From NCBI RefSeq assembly GCF_006345805.1, contig NC_043012.1, positions 54,560,001 to 54,624,000 of the forward strand: a stretch of 64,000 bases of DNA, given 5' to 3'. Within the stretch, counting starts at the first letter, position 1, and each line of letters starts with the position of its first letter. Below the pieces are notes generated by a model that saw nothing but the letters and a program-made list of their open reading frames with translations, did not search any database and was not told the DNA's origin. Source of the DNA: Octopus sinensis (taxonomy: Eukaryota). Positions 13,256 through 23,719 of this stretch are shown piece after piece. The position numbers and the translations under genes are program-made.

Positions 13256-13739
13256 TTGTCACACTTCGCATGAAAAGGCTGCACATCACATGGAGAATTA
13301 AATATTACTGATGCATTTTGTATGCAAAGTTAAACTAATCTAAAAATTTAGAGAAAAATACATAGAAAACCATTATTTACCTCCTTTTAATAATAAGTCT
13401 GCTAACGCATAACATTTTGAATTACAGGTTTTTCAAAGTACTCAAGTATTAGTATGGATTTTTTAAAACCATAAATTATATATTTAAAATTTAGGACACC
13501 TAGATACAATATACAACGCGCCATTTGAGAAGCACTGATTTGAATAAATAAAATAAAACTAGGAAGACAGTTGTATGCCCTGGTTAACACTCTCCACTAT
13601 GAAGTAATACTGTGTGCAACCATGCATGTACTTATTTCTAGCACAGGCGCAAGCTCACATTTTTTCTCTCTTCTTGTTTGGGAGATATAGTTAATCATAT
13701 TGCCTCTTGATTTGTTTTATCAATGTCCTTAGAAGATTG

Positions 13740-14128
13740 GGATCTTTTCGGTTTGAACGGCAGTTTTTTCGAGCAGTGTCATATGAAATTGTCACCCATA
13801 ATTATGGCCCTAGTATTGATCTATTGCATTTCAATCTGTTTTAGGGTTAGATGTGGGGGAAGGGTATCTTTTTTTAAAATAAACCCTATCTGTTTCTTAA
13901 ACGAGGGACATATTCATACGGCACAGAATGTTTTCACCTCAATAGACGTCATTGATTGGTTGAAATTGCAGAAAAAAACAACAAATATCTTAAAAACTAT
14001 AGAATTTTCTCAGTAAAGCCAAGAGAAAAAGAAGTTTTATAAACACATTCTACCAGCATACGAAGTTTAAAAGAGTTTAGTTAAGTGGAAATTATTTTTA
14101 AAAACTGCCGGTCAAACCGAAAAGATCC
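13740..14128. mobile_element. Merlin-like MITE, copy 1
   Basis: TIR GGATCTTTTCGGTTTGA(A/C)CGGCAGTTTT, 8-bp TSD GAAGATTG/GAAGGTTG. Confidence 0.75.
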
Positions 14129-14391
14129 GAAGGTTGAAAGGCAAAATTAACCTCAGTAGGATCTGAACTTCGTACGGGAAGGGGCATAACTAAACGCCTC
14201 AAGGTGTTTCCCCACACCCCTTTTTTAAAAATCTGCAGCCTTAGATATAACATCAACTCTACAGAGCCGTGTTTCCCAACTTATTTTCCCCCCAATAGCT
14301 GTCCAGAAAAATGTATGACCCACCGGTTGATGGGGAAAAAAAAAACAACTTTATTTTTAATATTTGATCACAATTATTTAATACAAAAGAA

Positions 14392-14800
14392 GGATCTTTT
14401 CGGTTTGACCGGCAGTTTTTTAAAAATAATTTCCACGTAACTAAACACTTTTAAATTTCGTATACTGGTAGAATGCGTTTATAAAACATCTTTTTCTCTT
14501 GGCTTTATTGAGAAAATTCTATAGTTTGTAAGATATTTGTTTTTTTCTTCAATTTCTGCAATTTCAACCAATCAATGACGTCTATTGAGTTAAAAAACAT
14601 TCTATGCCGTATAAATATGTCCCTCGTTTAAGAAACAGATTGGGTTTATTTACATTTCTGAAGAAAAAAAGATACCCTTCCCCCCACCCCTAACCCTAAC
14701 ACAGATTGAAATGCAATAGATCGATACTAGGGTCATAATTATGGGTGACAATTTCATATGACACCGCTAGAAAAAACTGCCGTTCAAACCGAAAATATCC
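14392..14800. mobile_element. Merlin-like MITE, copy 2 (inverted relative to copy 1)
   Basis: Same TIRs, perfect 8-bp TSD CAAAAGAA. Confidence 0.8.
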
Positions 14801-17439
14801 CAAAAGAATCTACCGGTAACTCTTTTATTAAGTACTGAGTATCGACTTCTCATACTTTCCTTAAAGAAATATTCACACCGAGGTATTAGAATAGCACTAC
14901 ACTGCAGCAGACAATCTTCACACAGTATGAATGGCTGGAGGAGGTTGGTTTAGCTAAGTTGAGTATAAAGTGTAGTATGTTTGCTGTGAAAATTTTCTTT
15001 CCACAATTCCATGTCCTACTAGAAAAGAAAAAAAATTGGATCCCACTCCCCACCGGAGCGGCGTATACACCACTCTGGGAATCACTGCTCTACAGACTTC
15101 TGTTTTCTCAACAAAAAAATACTACCTAACGCGTAGTATTTAAAAAAAAAAAAAGTCCGAAACAAATACACATTACTGTTTTTGAGTCAAAGGCGATCAT
15201 TCTGTCTGCCAGAGATATCTTTAAAAAGTGCCATAGTTATCCAGGGCGTGTAGTTTGGTTTTGGAATACTTATACTGTCTCTTGTGATGTAAGAAGCAAC
15301 CAAAAATAGTTGGCAACAAGGCGGGCATCATGTAAAAACAGCTTCAGAAGACCAGTCCAACAGACACCAGCACGTAGAACAATGATGAAGGTGAATGAAT
15401 TTTCTAGATAAACTGAGAATAAAAGACTCAATGGTCATTATTGGAATTCTTGATTAAAGATATAATCAATACTGGAGTTAAACAACGGGACTACAGATTT
15501 TTATTGAATGCTATGAAAATGCATGTTCAGTTTCCACCCATTTTCGCACCTCTGTCTATTTGGAAAACTATCTTTGTTTTCATATTGTTGGAGATCGGTC
15601 CGTTACAATGTATAACCAACAATAAATATATCGTGGAACAACGTGGCAAGCTTCTACTTAGTCGTGTAACCTGCTAGAAACAGCAAGCAAATTCCCCTTT
15701 GCCGTTTAATAAAGCAACGTCTAATAACGTAGTTCAAGATACATTGTCGGAATAAAAGATCGGAATGTTTTTGAGAACCAGCAGTTTTTAAGAGGAGGAG
15801 TAAGTCGATGATAGACCTCAGTACTTGACAGGACTTATTTTATCGACCTGGGAAAGATGAAAGGCAAAGTCAACCTCGGTGGAATTTGAAGTCAGTACGT
15901 AAAGGCAGACGAAATGTCTCTAAGCATTTTGTCCAGCGAGCTGTAATTAATAAAAATTCCTTTAGCATCATAAAACCCAACTATACTACACAGGACGAAA
16001 TACGAATACGCAACAACTTAGTGGTCAGTTAGAAACATTATCGACTCACAGAATTTATAAAATACCTACATTCAAGGACTTGGGTCATTATAAAGTGAAA
16101 TTAAAATAGGGCATCTCAAGTAAAATGGAAAAAAAAAGGTTGTATGTGATAATGCGTTTGAGAAATATGCGATGGTTTGTTTGGACGAGTCGTTGAATTA
16201 ACCCATTAATGTGTGAGGTTTAATTTTCGTAATAGAATTAATTACAATTAAATAATCAGAAAAATAAATTATATGAACGATAAAAAACGACGTAAAAAAA
16301 AAGATGAATGTACAATAGTTATGATTCTTGAAAAGTTAATAATAAATGAATAGGATTTAGAACCGAAACTAACATTTCGTATTATATCAATCTTGTCTTG
16401 TTTTGCTGACACTATGAAACTAATGGGGTTAACTTGATTTTGTTCATATTAAATTTGTTCAAGGTACTTTGTCGGATCGGTCGATTCTGAGAGCGATTCA
16501 TCTGGGAAAACACAAGAACATCATAATTCTCTGTTTCGACTTGCAGGGTAAAAAAAAAAAAAAAAGACAAAATAAATCACTGCGTTGTTATTTAAATATT
16601 TATCAATAAGTCAGCGATCCGAGTCTATTTTATTATACGATTCAGTTTATTTCCTGGTTTGGACCGTATTTCATATGAGACTAATTAAGTTATAGGCAAC
16701 ATGCGGTCCGGAGACTTTCTGAATGGCATGCTTAGCAAAAAAATTATCTTGAGTTCCTTTTTTTATTTTCTTTTAGTAGTGCGATCCGTTTCTCGAAAAA
16801 GGCTGCTCTAATTTATGTACTGAAGAAAAGATTGAACGACACAACGCAACATTTCCAGTTGGCGACTGGAAAACCTGATACTGCGAACACGTTGGTGGAG
16901 GAATTCGATAGATATTTAAAGACATTCATATCTAGAAAAGAGTTTGTGGTGGGTGTCACAGCACAGAAACATTGTCTGGGTATAAACAAAAAATGCAAAT
17001 GACACATACATGTTTATGCAACAGACTTATGAACGAGCCAATGGGATAGCTTCGACGTGTTCGATCGACATGCTAGAAACAGTAACCAAACATTTCTCAA
17101 ATCATATCCGAGCGCCTTAGACAGTGCGTAGTGGAGGAACAGTCGTATCTGAAAACGTAGTTTGAACTGAACTATTTGGAAATGGCCATGGCTGGAACAC
17201 CTTTATCAATCGGGGCTGACAATATAAATTAACTTCGGCAGAATATCAATGTGTGATGTACATTTTGTTTACACGCAATCTTAACAATGTTCACTGTATT
17301 TTTGCTTCACTAGTTTATTTATCGATCTCAAACAATAAATATTATGACAGAGCTTATTAATTGTTCGGATAAGCGTTTACAAACATAGTACCCAGCGATT
17401 GTTTAGTTTAGTATGATTTAATTTAGGTTAGGTTCGGTG

Positions 17440-17650
17440 TTTGGTTTCAAAGACTTTAAAGACAACACTGCTCAAGAATGCAAGCGGATAAGAAACGTCT
17501 GAGACGATAAGTCATCGGTTACGACCCCCCATCTGACCCAAAGCCTACGTATTTGCCCCAAGTGCGTCAGAGCCTGTCGCTCAAGGATCGATTTACATAG
17601 CCACATCAGAGCTTGCTGCTCTTCCTCATACGAAGAAGAACTGTCATCAT
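17440..17650 (+). mobile_element. 3' end of a different RTE/BovB-like LINE
   Basis: ICPKCVRACRSRIDLHSHIRAC resembles the C-terminal Cys/His motif of BovB-like ORFs, followed by a short (TCA)n tail. Confidence 0.55.
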
Positions 17651-17879
17651 CACCTTAACATTAGAAATGATTAATTACAAATAACAACAACAGAAGGGGA
17701 AAAAAAATAGAATCGAATTTAGCGACGATTTTTAAACAACACATCGTGTATGAAAAGAAAAAAATGAGCGATATATACAATGTAGCTTGGTAAAATACAC
17801 CCGTTTGATCGGGTAATTTAATGGGTAAGAATCCCAACGAAATGTGAATGCTAATAAATAAATCAATGCCAACGTGTAC

Positions 17880-17915
17880 CTGAGGTTGATGTTGCCAATC
17901 TGTACGGTCGGCCAT
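17880..17915 (-). CDS. Unidentified minus-strand gene, probable first coding exon (MADRTDWQHQPQ)
   Basis: ATG at 17915-17913, 12 codons, donor CAG|GTACAC, phase 0, matching the phase-0 start of the exon at 10152. Lies in a CpG-rich region next to the RFWD3 first exon. Confidence 0.6.
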
Positions 17916-17936
17916 CGCTGTGACATCACTGACCAA

Positions 17937-18107
17937 CTCTCGTTTACCTCCCCCTCGTCTGGTTTACACCCCCTCCCCAATATTAACTCTTCCCCCCTCT
18001 CGTTTACCCTCCCTCAACACTAACCCTTTCCCCCTCTCGTTTACCCTCCCCCACACTAATCCATCCCCCTCTCGTTTACCCCCCCCAACACTAATCTCTC
18101 TCCCCTC
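17937..18107. repeat. C-rich/G-rich minisatellite (~36-bp unit, CTCTCGTTTACCCTCCC...CACTAAT)
   Basis: GTTTAC at 17942, 17962, 18002, 18039, 18074. Runs of 3-8 C. Confidence 0.85.
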
Positions 18108-18293
18108 CTCTCGTTCTCTCGTTCTCTCTCTCTGTCTCTGCTTTACAAAACGAGACTTTAACGAGATTTCTTCCAATAACACAAACAGGCGGACTTTTTT
18201 GATCTTGTTTCTGTCGTTTCCACGTTTCATCTCGTTTGTCATTCATGATATAGAAGCAGCGATGCTTGTTTTTGGCCCTTAGTTGTTCTCACG

Positions 18294-18364
18294 TATATAT
18301 ATATATATATATATATACATACATATATTTATATATATATATATATATATAGATAGAGAGAGAG
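18294..18364. repeat. (AT)n/(AG)n microsatellite between the two divergent first exons
   Basis: Direct reading. Confidence 0.95.
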
Positions 18365-18365
18365 C

Positions 18366-18421
18366 GTACAAGTGACACTGTGCATACAGCATAAAGCAGT
18401 GATGAAGGTGGAAAGCTGAAG
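18366..18421 (+). other. RFWD3: Probable non-coding first exon of RFWD3 (5' end approximate)
   Basis: Consensus donor AAG|GTAAGT at 18421/18422. The first coding exon begins directly with ATG after an acceptor, so an upstream UTR exon is required. In-frame TAA upstream. Confidence 0.55.
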
Positions 18422-18654
18422 GTAAGTAATAAAAATCCATCATTTTTTTCAGGGGGTAACTCCATCAATTCTTTCGTGTTCAACAAATGCTTCCTACATT
18501 GTCTTAGTCTTCTATCGCAATGCCATTCACGTCTCGGGTGCTTTATAGGAATGCTAAATCGATTCCAATAACACGCGGGAAGCACCTCATTGTTAAAACA
18601 TTCACCAAGGCTGGTTAATTTAATTTTTTTCTTTTTTGGGGGGTTCCCGGGTGA

Positions 18655-18865
18655 AGATCTTTGGTGTAGCCGTATTTTCGTCTGCCGTTACGTTCTGAGT
18701 TCAAATTCCGCCGAGGTCAACTTTGCCTTTCATCCTTTCGGGGTCGATAAATTAAGTACCAGTTACGCACTGGGGTCGATGTAATCGACTTAATCCGCTT
18801 GTCTGTCCTTGTTTGTCCTCTCTGTGTTTAGCTCCTTGTGGGTAGTAAAAAAAATAGGTATTACT
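18655..18865 (+). mobile_element. SINE family S2
   Basis: TTCTGAGTTCAAATTCCGCCGAGGTC...CATCCTTTCGGGGTCGAT core. Confidence 0.85.
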
Positions 18866-18870
18866 TAAGA

Positions 18871-19088
18871 AGAGTGGTCCCGGTGCGCGCATCCGAGCTA
18901 GCTAGTCGTGACTAGTCGATCCTTACTTTGTGTTTTTATGTTTTATTTAGTTTGTTTAAAAAAATTACTTTGTGTTTTTGTGTTTTATTTGCTTTGTTTT
19001 AAAAAAAATTATTTTGTGTTTTATTTACTTTTGCTAGGTAGTGGTTGTAGGATCGACTAGTCGCGAGTGCGCGCACCGAGACCACTCT
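18871..19088. mobile_element. MITE with CpG-rich TIRs, superfamily unassigned
   Basis: AGAGTGGTC(C/T)CGGTGCGCGCA...GACTAGTCGATCCT inverted at both ends, T-rich tandem interior. Confidence 0.75.
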
Positions 19089-20074
19089 GAAGTAATACTG
19101 ATCTTTATATTAAACAGTAAACCTCTATCAACTCACAACCAACTGTTTAAAAAACAGAAAAGGGTCTCGTTGGATTACGTGCTGTGGAGAATCCCACTGG
19201 ATGTGTTCGTTAGAATATTTGTTTATTTATATCCCTTTACGTTTCATGTTTAGATCCCGCCAAAGAATTCAAACATAAAACGTGGAAATCAAGTTCGGCG
19301 TAACCCTAACCACCGGTTGCAATTATTCTTTACTTTCGCCTAAAGTACCAATCAAGTACTGGAGTCCATAAAGTTTCGAACTAAGTCGCTCACATAAGTT
19401 GGAGTTCCTCTGTTTTGACGGGGATTTTTGAATTTTTTTTTTATTTCACCACACACTTCAAAATGATGGGAGAAGATGGATTTCAACACGTTTGTTTTTT
19501 TGATAACGGTTTCTCCCATCGTTTTTAAGTGCATAGTGCAAAAAAAAAATTGACAAGTCTATGCTGAGGGCCCCAGAGAGGGGGAGAGTTGGGGTAAAGA
19601 AAAATCATAGATCTTCAAAAATGTTTAGGTAGGTGACCTATTCCGAAACTCCGCCTTGAAAACGGTTTTAAACTTGTGTTGTTCAATATATAAGGTCAAG
19701 ATAAGGTATTTCCAGTGAAGCACTCAACCCAAGAGTTATGGGCTATCAACACGCAGATTCCAGACTAATACCGAAACTCTTCAGGTGTAGAAAGAAAATC
19801 CTGATTTCACGACGGTAAAACCTTTTTGTTGGTTTCCTCCTGAGATAAGCAAAACGAAAACTATATCTGGAAGATGCACGATGTAAGAGTGCACCTCTGT
19901 TGCAAGTCTGATGAAGAGTCACTCTGATGTTGAACCGCAAATATTACGTAAATTCTCACTTTAAATTTTTGCATAAACTGGCGTTGCAAGCAAGAGTTGG
20001 TATTAAAACAATTATAACTGTGTTAGAGTATTTCTTTGGATTATATTTTACTCGTTGTTTATATACCTAAGTCA

Positions 20075-20441
20075 AGTTGTGTGTCTGTCTCCTACGATTT
20101 AGATTCCTAACTACTCCCACATTTTGCGGTGCAGTTTAACCAAAACCGGGTATCTTATAGTCGTGATTCATATCGAGCCCTTCTGGGTATTAGCGCGCGT
20201 CTACGATTTAAAAAAAAATTTACCATCATATTTTTCCATTTTAATGCATTTTTTCGCTATTATATAAGGGAAGTAACTCTCTAAAAATGTCTACGATGAG
20301 TCAACGATTTAAAAAAAAATTTACCATAATTTTTTTCCATTTTTTAATGCATTTCTTTGCTATATTTTGGCTATAACTCTAAAAATGCTTATATAGTTAT
20401 TTCCCTTACAAACCCGAGCAATGCCGGGCGATACTGCTAGT
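20075..20441 (-). mobile_element. Helentron/HINE-like non-autonomous element
   Basis: ACTAG end with a CCCGGCATTGCTCGGG hairpin. Inverted homologue of 23179-23695. Confidence 0.55.
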
Positions 20442-21552
20442 ATTTTATAAGAAAGAAATCAGTCTTTTCACAACCGTTTACAGATTCTAATGACCCTTTA
20501 CATTCTGAGTTCGAATCCTGTCGTGGTTTAACTTTCCTTCCATTCCTCCTGGACCGGTTTAATAAACCTCTGAAATGTCCTAGAAGTTCATAAGCTCTCA
20601 AGTACTTTGTTGTCTAGTGTCCCTTCATTGTTTAAAACAGTGGGATATGAATTTGAAGTAGATTTGTTAATGAACCAGTTCATTGCTTTACCCCATTGAT
20701 ACTCAAGTAGGGCTCATATGGCCCTTGCTGGGAGGAGAGAAGGTAAGATTTTGTAAAAATTTATGTGCAGTAAATTGGTTATACTTCTACAATCCTTTTA
20801 CTTTTATTTGTTTCAGGGCATTCCTTCGATATAACTCGACAAAATCAAAACATTTCAAGCAGAAAACAGAATCGAATTGTCATTTGCTTCCAATACGCAA
20901 TGGAAATACATTATGTGAAGTGTTTTGATTTTGTCGAGTTATATCAAAAGAATGCCTGTTTCAGTTATTAGACTGCTGCCAGGAATTTTTTTGATTACTC
21001 ATTCGGTTTGTTTTTGTACTGAATTGTTAAGTTACAAGGGTGTAAACAAACTAACAGCGGTTGTGGGGAACAAACATGCATATGTGTGTGTCCCTTTTTT
21101 TTTTAAGGAGCACTCCGTCGGTTACGACGACGACGAGAGTAGCAGCTGATACGATCAACGGAACAGCCTGCTCATGAAATTAACATGCAAGTAGCTGAGC
21201 ACTCCAGAGACACATGTATGAAGATTCAGCGTGACACAAAGTGTGACAAGGCTGGCCCTTTGAAATACAGGTACAACTCATTTTTGCCAGCTGAGTGGAC
21301 TGGAGCAACGTGAAATAAAGTGTCTTGCTCAAGGACACAACGTGTCGCCGGGAATTGAACTTACGACCTTACTATCGTCAGCTGAATGCCCTCATTTTAC
21401 AGACACATGGTTTAGGTTCAGTCCTACTGTTTGGCACCATGGGCAAGTGTCTTCTTTAGCTGTCACGATGACCAATGCTTTGTGAGTGAATGTGATAGAC
21501 TTCAGTCTACCACATTCACTATGGAAATCTCGTATATATGTATATGAATTTA

Positions 21553-23168
21553 TAGATAAATTCCTCTACATGATATCGAGGTCTCATTCATTCTTTTGTT
21601 GTTATAGTATTATTAATATATATATATATACATATATATATTGATAAAACGGTAAGATAACAAAAGAAAGAGACCTCAATATTATTCCTCTACATGATAT
21701 CGAGGTCTCATTCATTCTTTTGTTGTTATAGTATTATTAATATATATATATATACATATATATATATATTGATAAAACGGTAAGATAACAAAAGAAAGAG
21801 ACCTCAATATTATGTAAATAGAGGAAATTTATCTATACAATAATATGTTACATTACTCGGTAGCATTTTTCGTCATAAAAATTATATAAAAATACATAAA
21901 AAATATATAAAAATATATAAAATCTTCTTGGGACATAAAACATAGAAAGCATGTTCTATCTGTTTTCTTTAGGGGACCAAAAACGTAACAGAAATTTAGT
22001 CACATGTGGGCATGATCCGAAAAGTTCTGTCCTTGTATTTAGACATGTAGTAGGGTCTAAGCTGCTTTTCCAGATAAGCCATCTCTCCATGTTGCATAGA
22101 CCGCACCTTCCGCTGCCGTTGGTATAGGGAATACATCTGGCCAAAATCTTCCATTGTATGTTATAATCGACACCTTTATCTCTTAAAGACCAAATATGAT
22201 TAGATAATTGTGTCGCTTTTCTTTTGTTCCAGTGCCTAAAGCTCAAAGTGTGGTTATTGAACCTGGCCTTGAAATTACCCTCTATAAGGCCCACGTATTT
22301 CTTCGTCGAAACGGTGTCTTTAGTGGTTATAGAGTTTACGGTAGCTTCATATATGATGGTGTTGGACATGCAAGCTCCATTTAGCGGGCACAATTCTTTA
22401 TTCCTGCATGAACAGCTGTTTTCTTGTTGTGTTTTTTGTATGTTATGTTTGATTATGTTTTTAAAATTGGTAGTTGAACTAAAACTAATTTTTAAATTGT
22501 GTCTATTGAAGAGTTTCCTATAAGTATGGTTAACTGGAAAATGTCTATCTATCAGTGCTAGGAAATATTTACCTATATTGAAGGCCACCTCGGGTGAGTA
22601 AGGGGGCGTAAACCAGATGACCTTCCTATTTCTATTATTCCTTTTCCTTACTGTTGGGCTAGTGATAGGTGTATATTTTATTTTTTCGCTAAAACCACTA
22701 TCTTTTAAAGCCTTATTATAAACTGGGGCAACGCTATTGAAGATGTCCTTATCAGAGGAGAGGCTAGAAATCCTCTTACTAATATTTTTAACTAAATTTT
22801 TGAATACTATAGGGAGATGGCATGAACCTACATTAATATAACTTAGTCTATCATTGGGCTTCCTATAAGGCTTATAAATATTCTTATTAAGATCTAAGGA
22901 AACGGCTAAGAAATTGACAACTGTCAGGTTAGTATCTATAGTTATACTAAGTCCGAAGTATTTCATTAACTGGATAATATCCTTCCTAAAACAATCTTGT
23001 GCTGGTCCATTTGTATTAGCTGTTAAGGTGAGGGCATCATCTTTGTAGATGGCGAAATGTACGTTAGGGAATGTCTTACAGAGATGGTGTTGTGGATTTC
23101 CACTTTGGCATCTGAAACTCAGAGTTTTATCTTGACTACCGAGTAATGTAACATATTATTGTATAGAT
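21553..23168 (-). mobile_element. Penelope-like retroelement (PLE), 5'-truncated, in (TA)n
   Basis: Open frame from ~23157 to 21956 with YKDD, NFLAVSLDL, FTPPYS, SCSCRNKELCPLNGAC and GIY-YIG (IIYEA...YVG...FKARFNNH). 33-bp perfect inverted copy of the 3' region at 21831-21863 / 23136-23168. Confidence 0.92.
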
Positions 23169-23178
23169 ATATATATAT

Positions 23179-23695
23179 ACTAGCAGTATCACCCAGCGTT
23201 GCTCGGGTTTGTAAGGGAAATAACTATATAAGCATTTTTAGAGAGTTACTTCCCTTATAGATGCCAATTCGGGCTTTCTTAGCCATTTCTGTTTTGGTGT
23301 CTTCAAGCCATGAAGTCGTTGTTCTAAAAGAACGCTGGTCTCCTTGACAATGCTTTACAACGTTGATTTCCTTACACTCCCTTCCCCACAGCTTCATGAG
23401 GGAGGGAAGAAGGGGGAGAAGCAAACAGGTGCAGGTGTGACCATGGACGCCAACTCCGCTGCCATTGACACACGAAAAATTATGCATTAAATTGGAATAA
23501 AAAATGATGTTAAATTATTTTTAAAATCGTAGACTCATCGTAGACGCGTGCTAATAGCCAGACGGGCTCGATATGAATCACGACTATAAGATACCCGAAT
23601 TTGGTTAAACTGCACCGCAAAATATGGGAGTAGTTAGGAATCTAAATCGAAGGGGACAGACACTCACACAACTACAGTCTTATATATATATAGAT
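23179..23695 (+). mobile_element. Helentron/HINE-like non-autonomous element
   Basis: ACTAGCAGTATCACCCAGCGTTGCTCGGG start, CAGACACTCACACA...(TA)n end. Confidence 0.55.
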
Positions 23696-23719
23696 ATATC
23701 TATATAGTGTTTGTATAAA

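Noticed and set aside
14687-14701. Interstitial telomere (CCCTAA)n (also 19300, 56437)
   Set aside because: Only ~2 units, mostly internal to the Merlin-like MITE consensus.
15270-15415. Possible minus-strand exon after acceptor cttttattctcag
   Set aside because: Stop in frame 0 and no phase-compatible reading with flanking exons.
19908-19929. Hammerhead-like CTGATGA-AGAG-TCA-CTCT-GATG
   Set aside because: Lacks GAAA and stems I/III. Consistent with chance.
21864-23135. Hammerhead split between the two PLE ends (ATGACGA on minus at ~21870; GCATCT-GAAAC-TCAGA-GTT on plus at ~23108-23127)
   Set aside because: Neither end has a complete core and stem I cannot be paired. Suggestive only.
21956-23157. 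Selenocysteine (in-frame TGA) in the PLE ORF
   Set aside because: The frame has no internal TGA and I recognised no SECIS.
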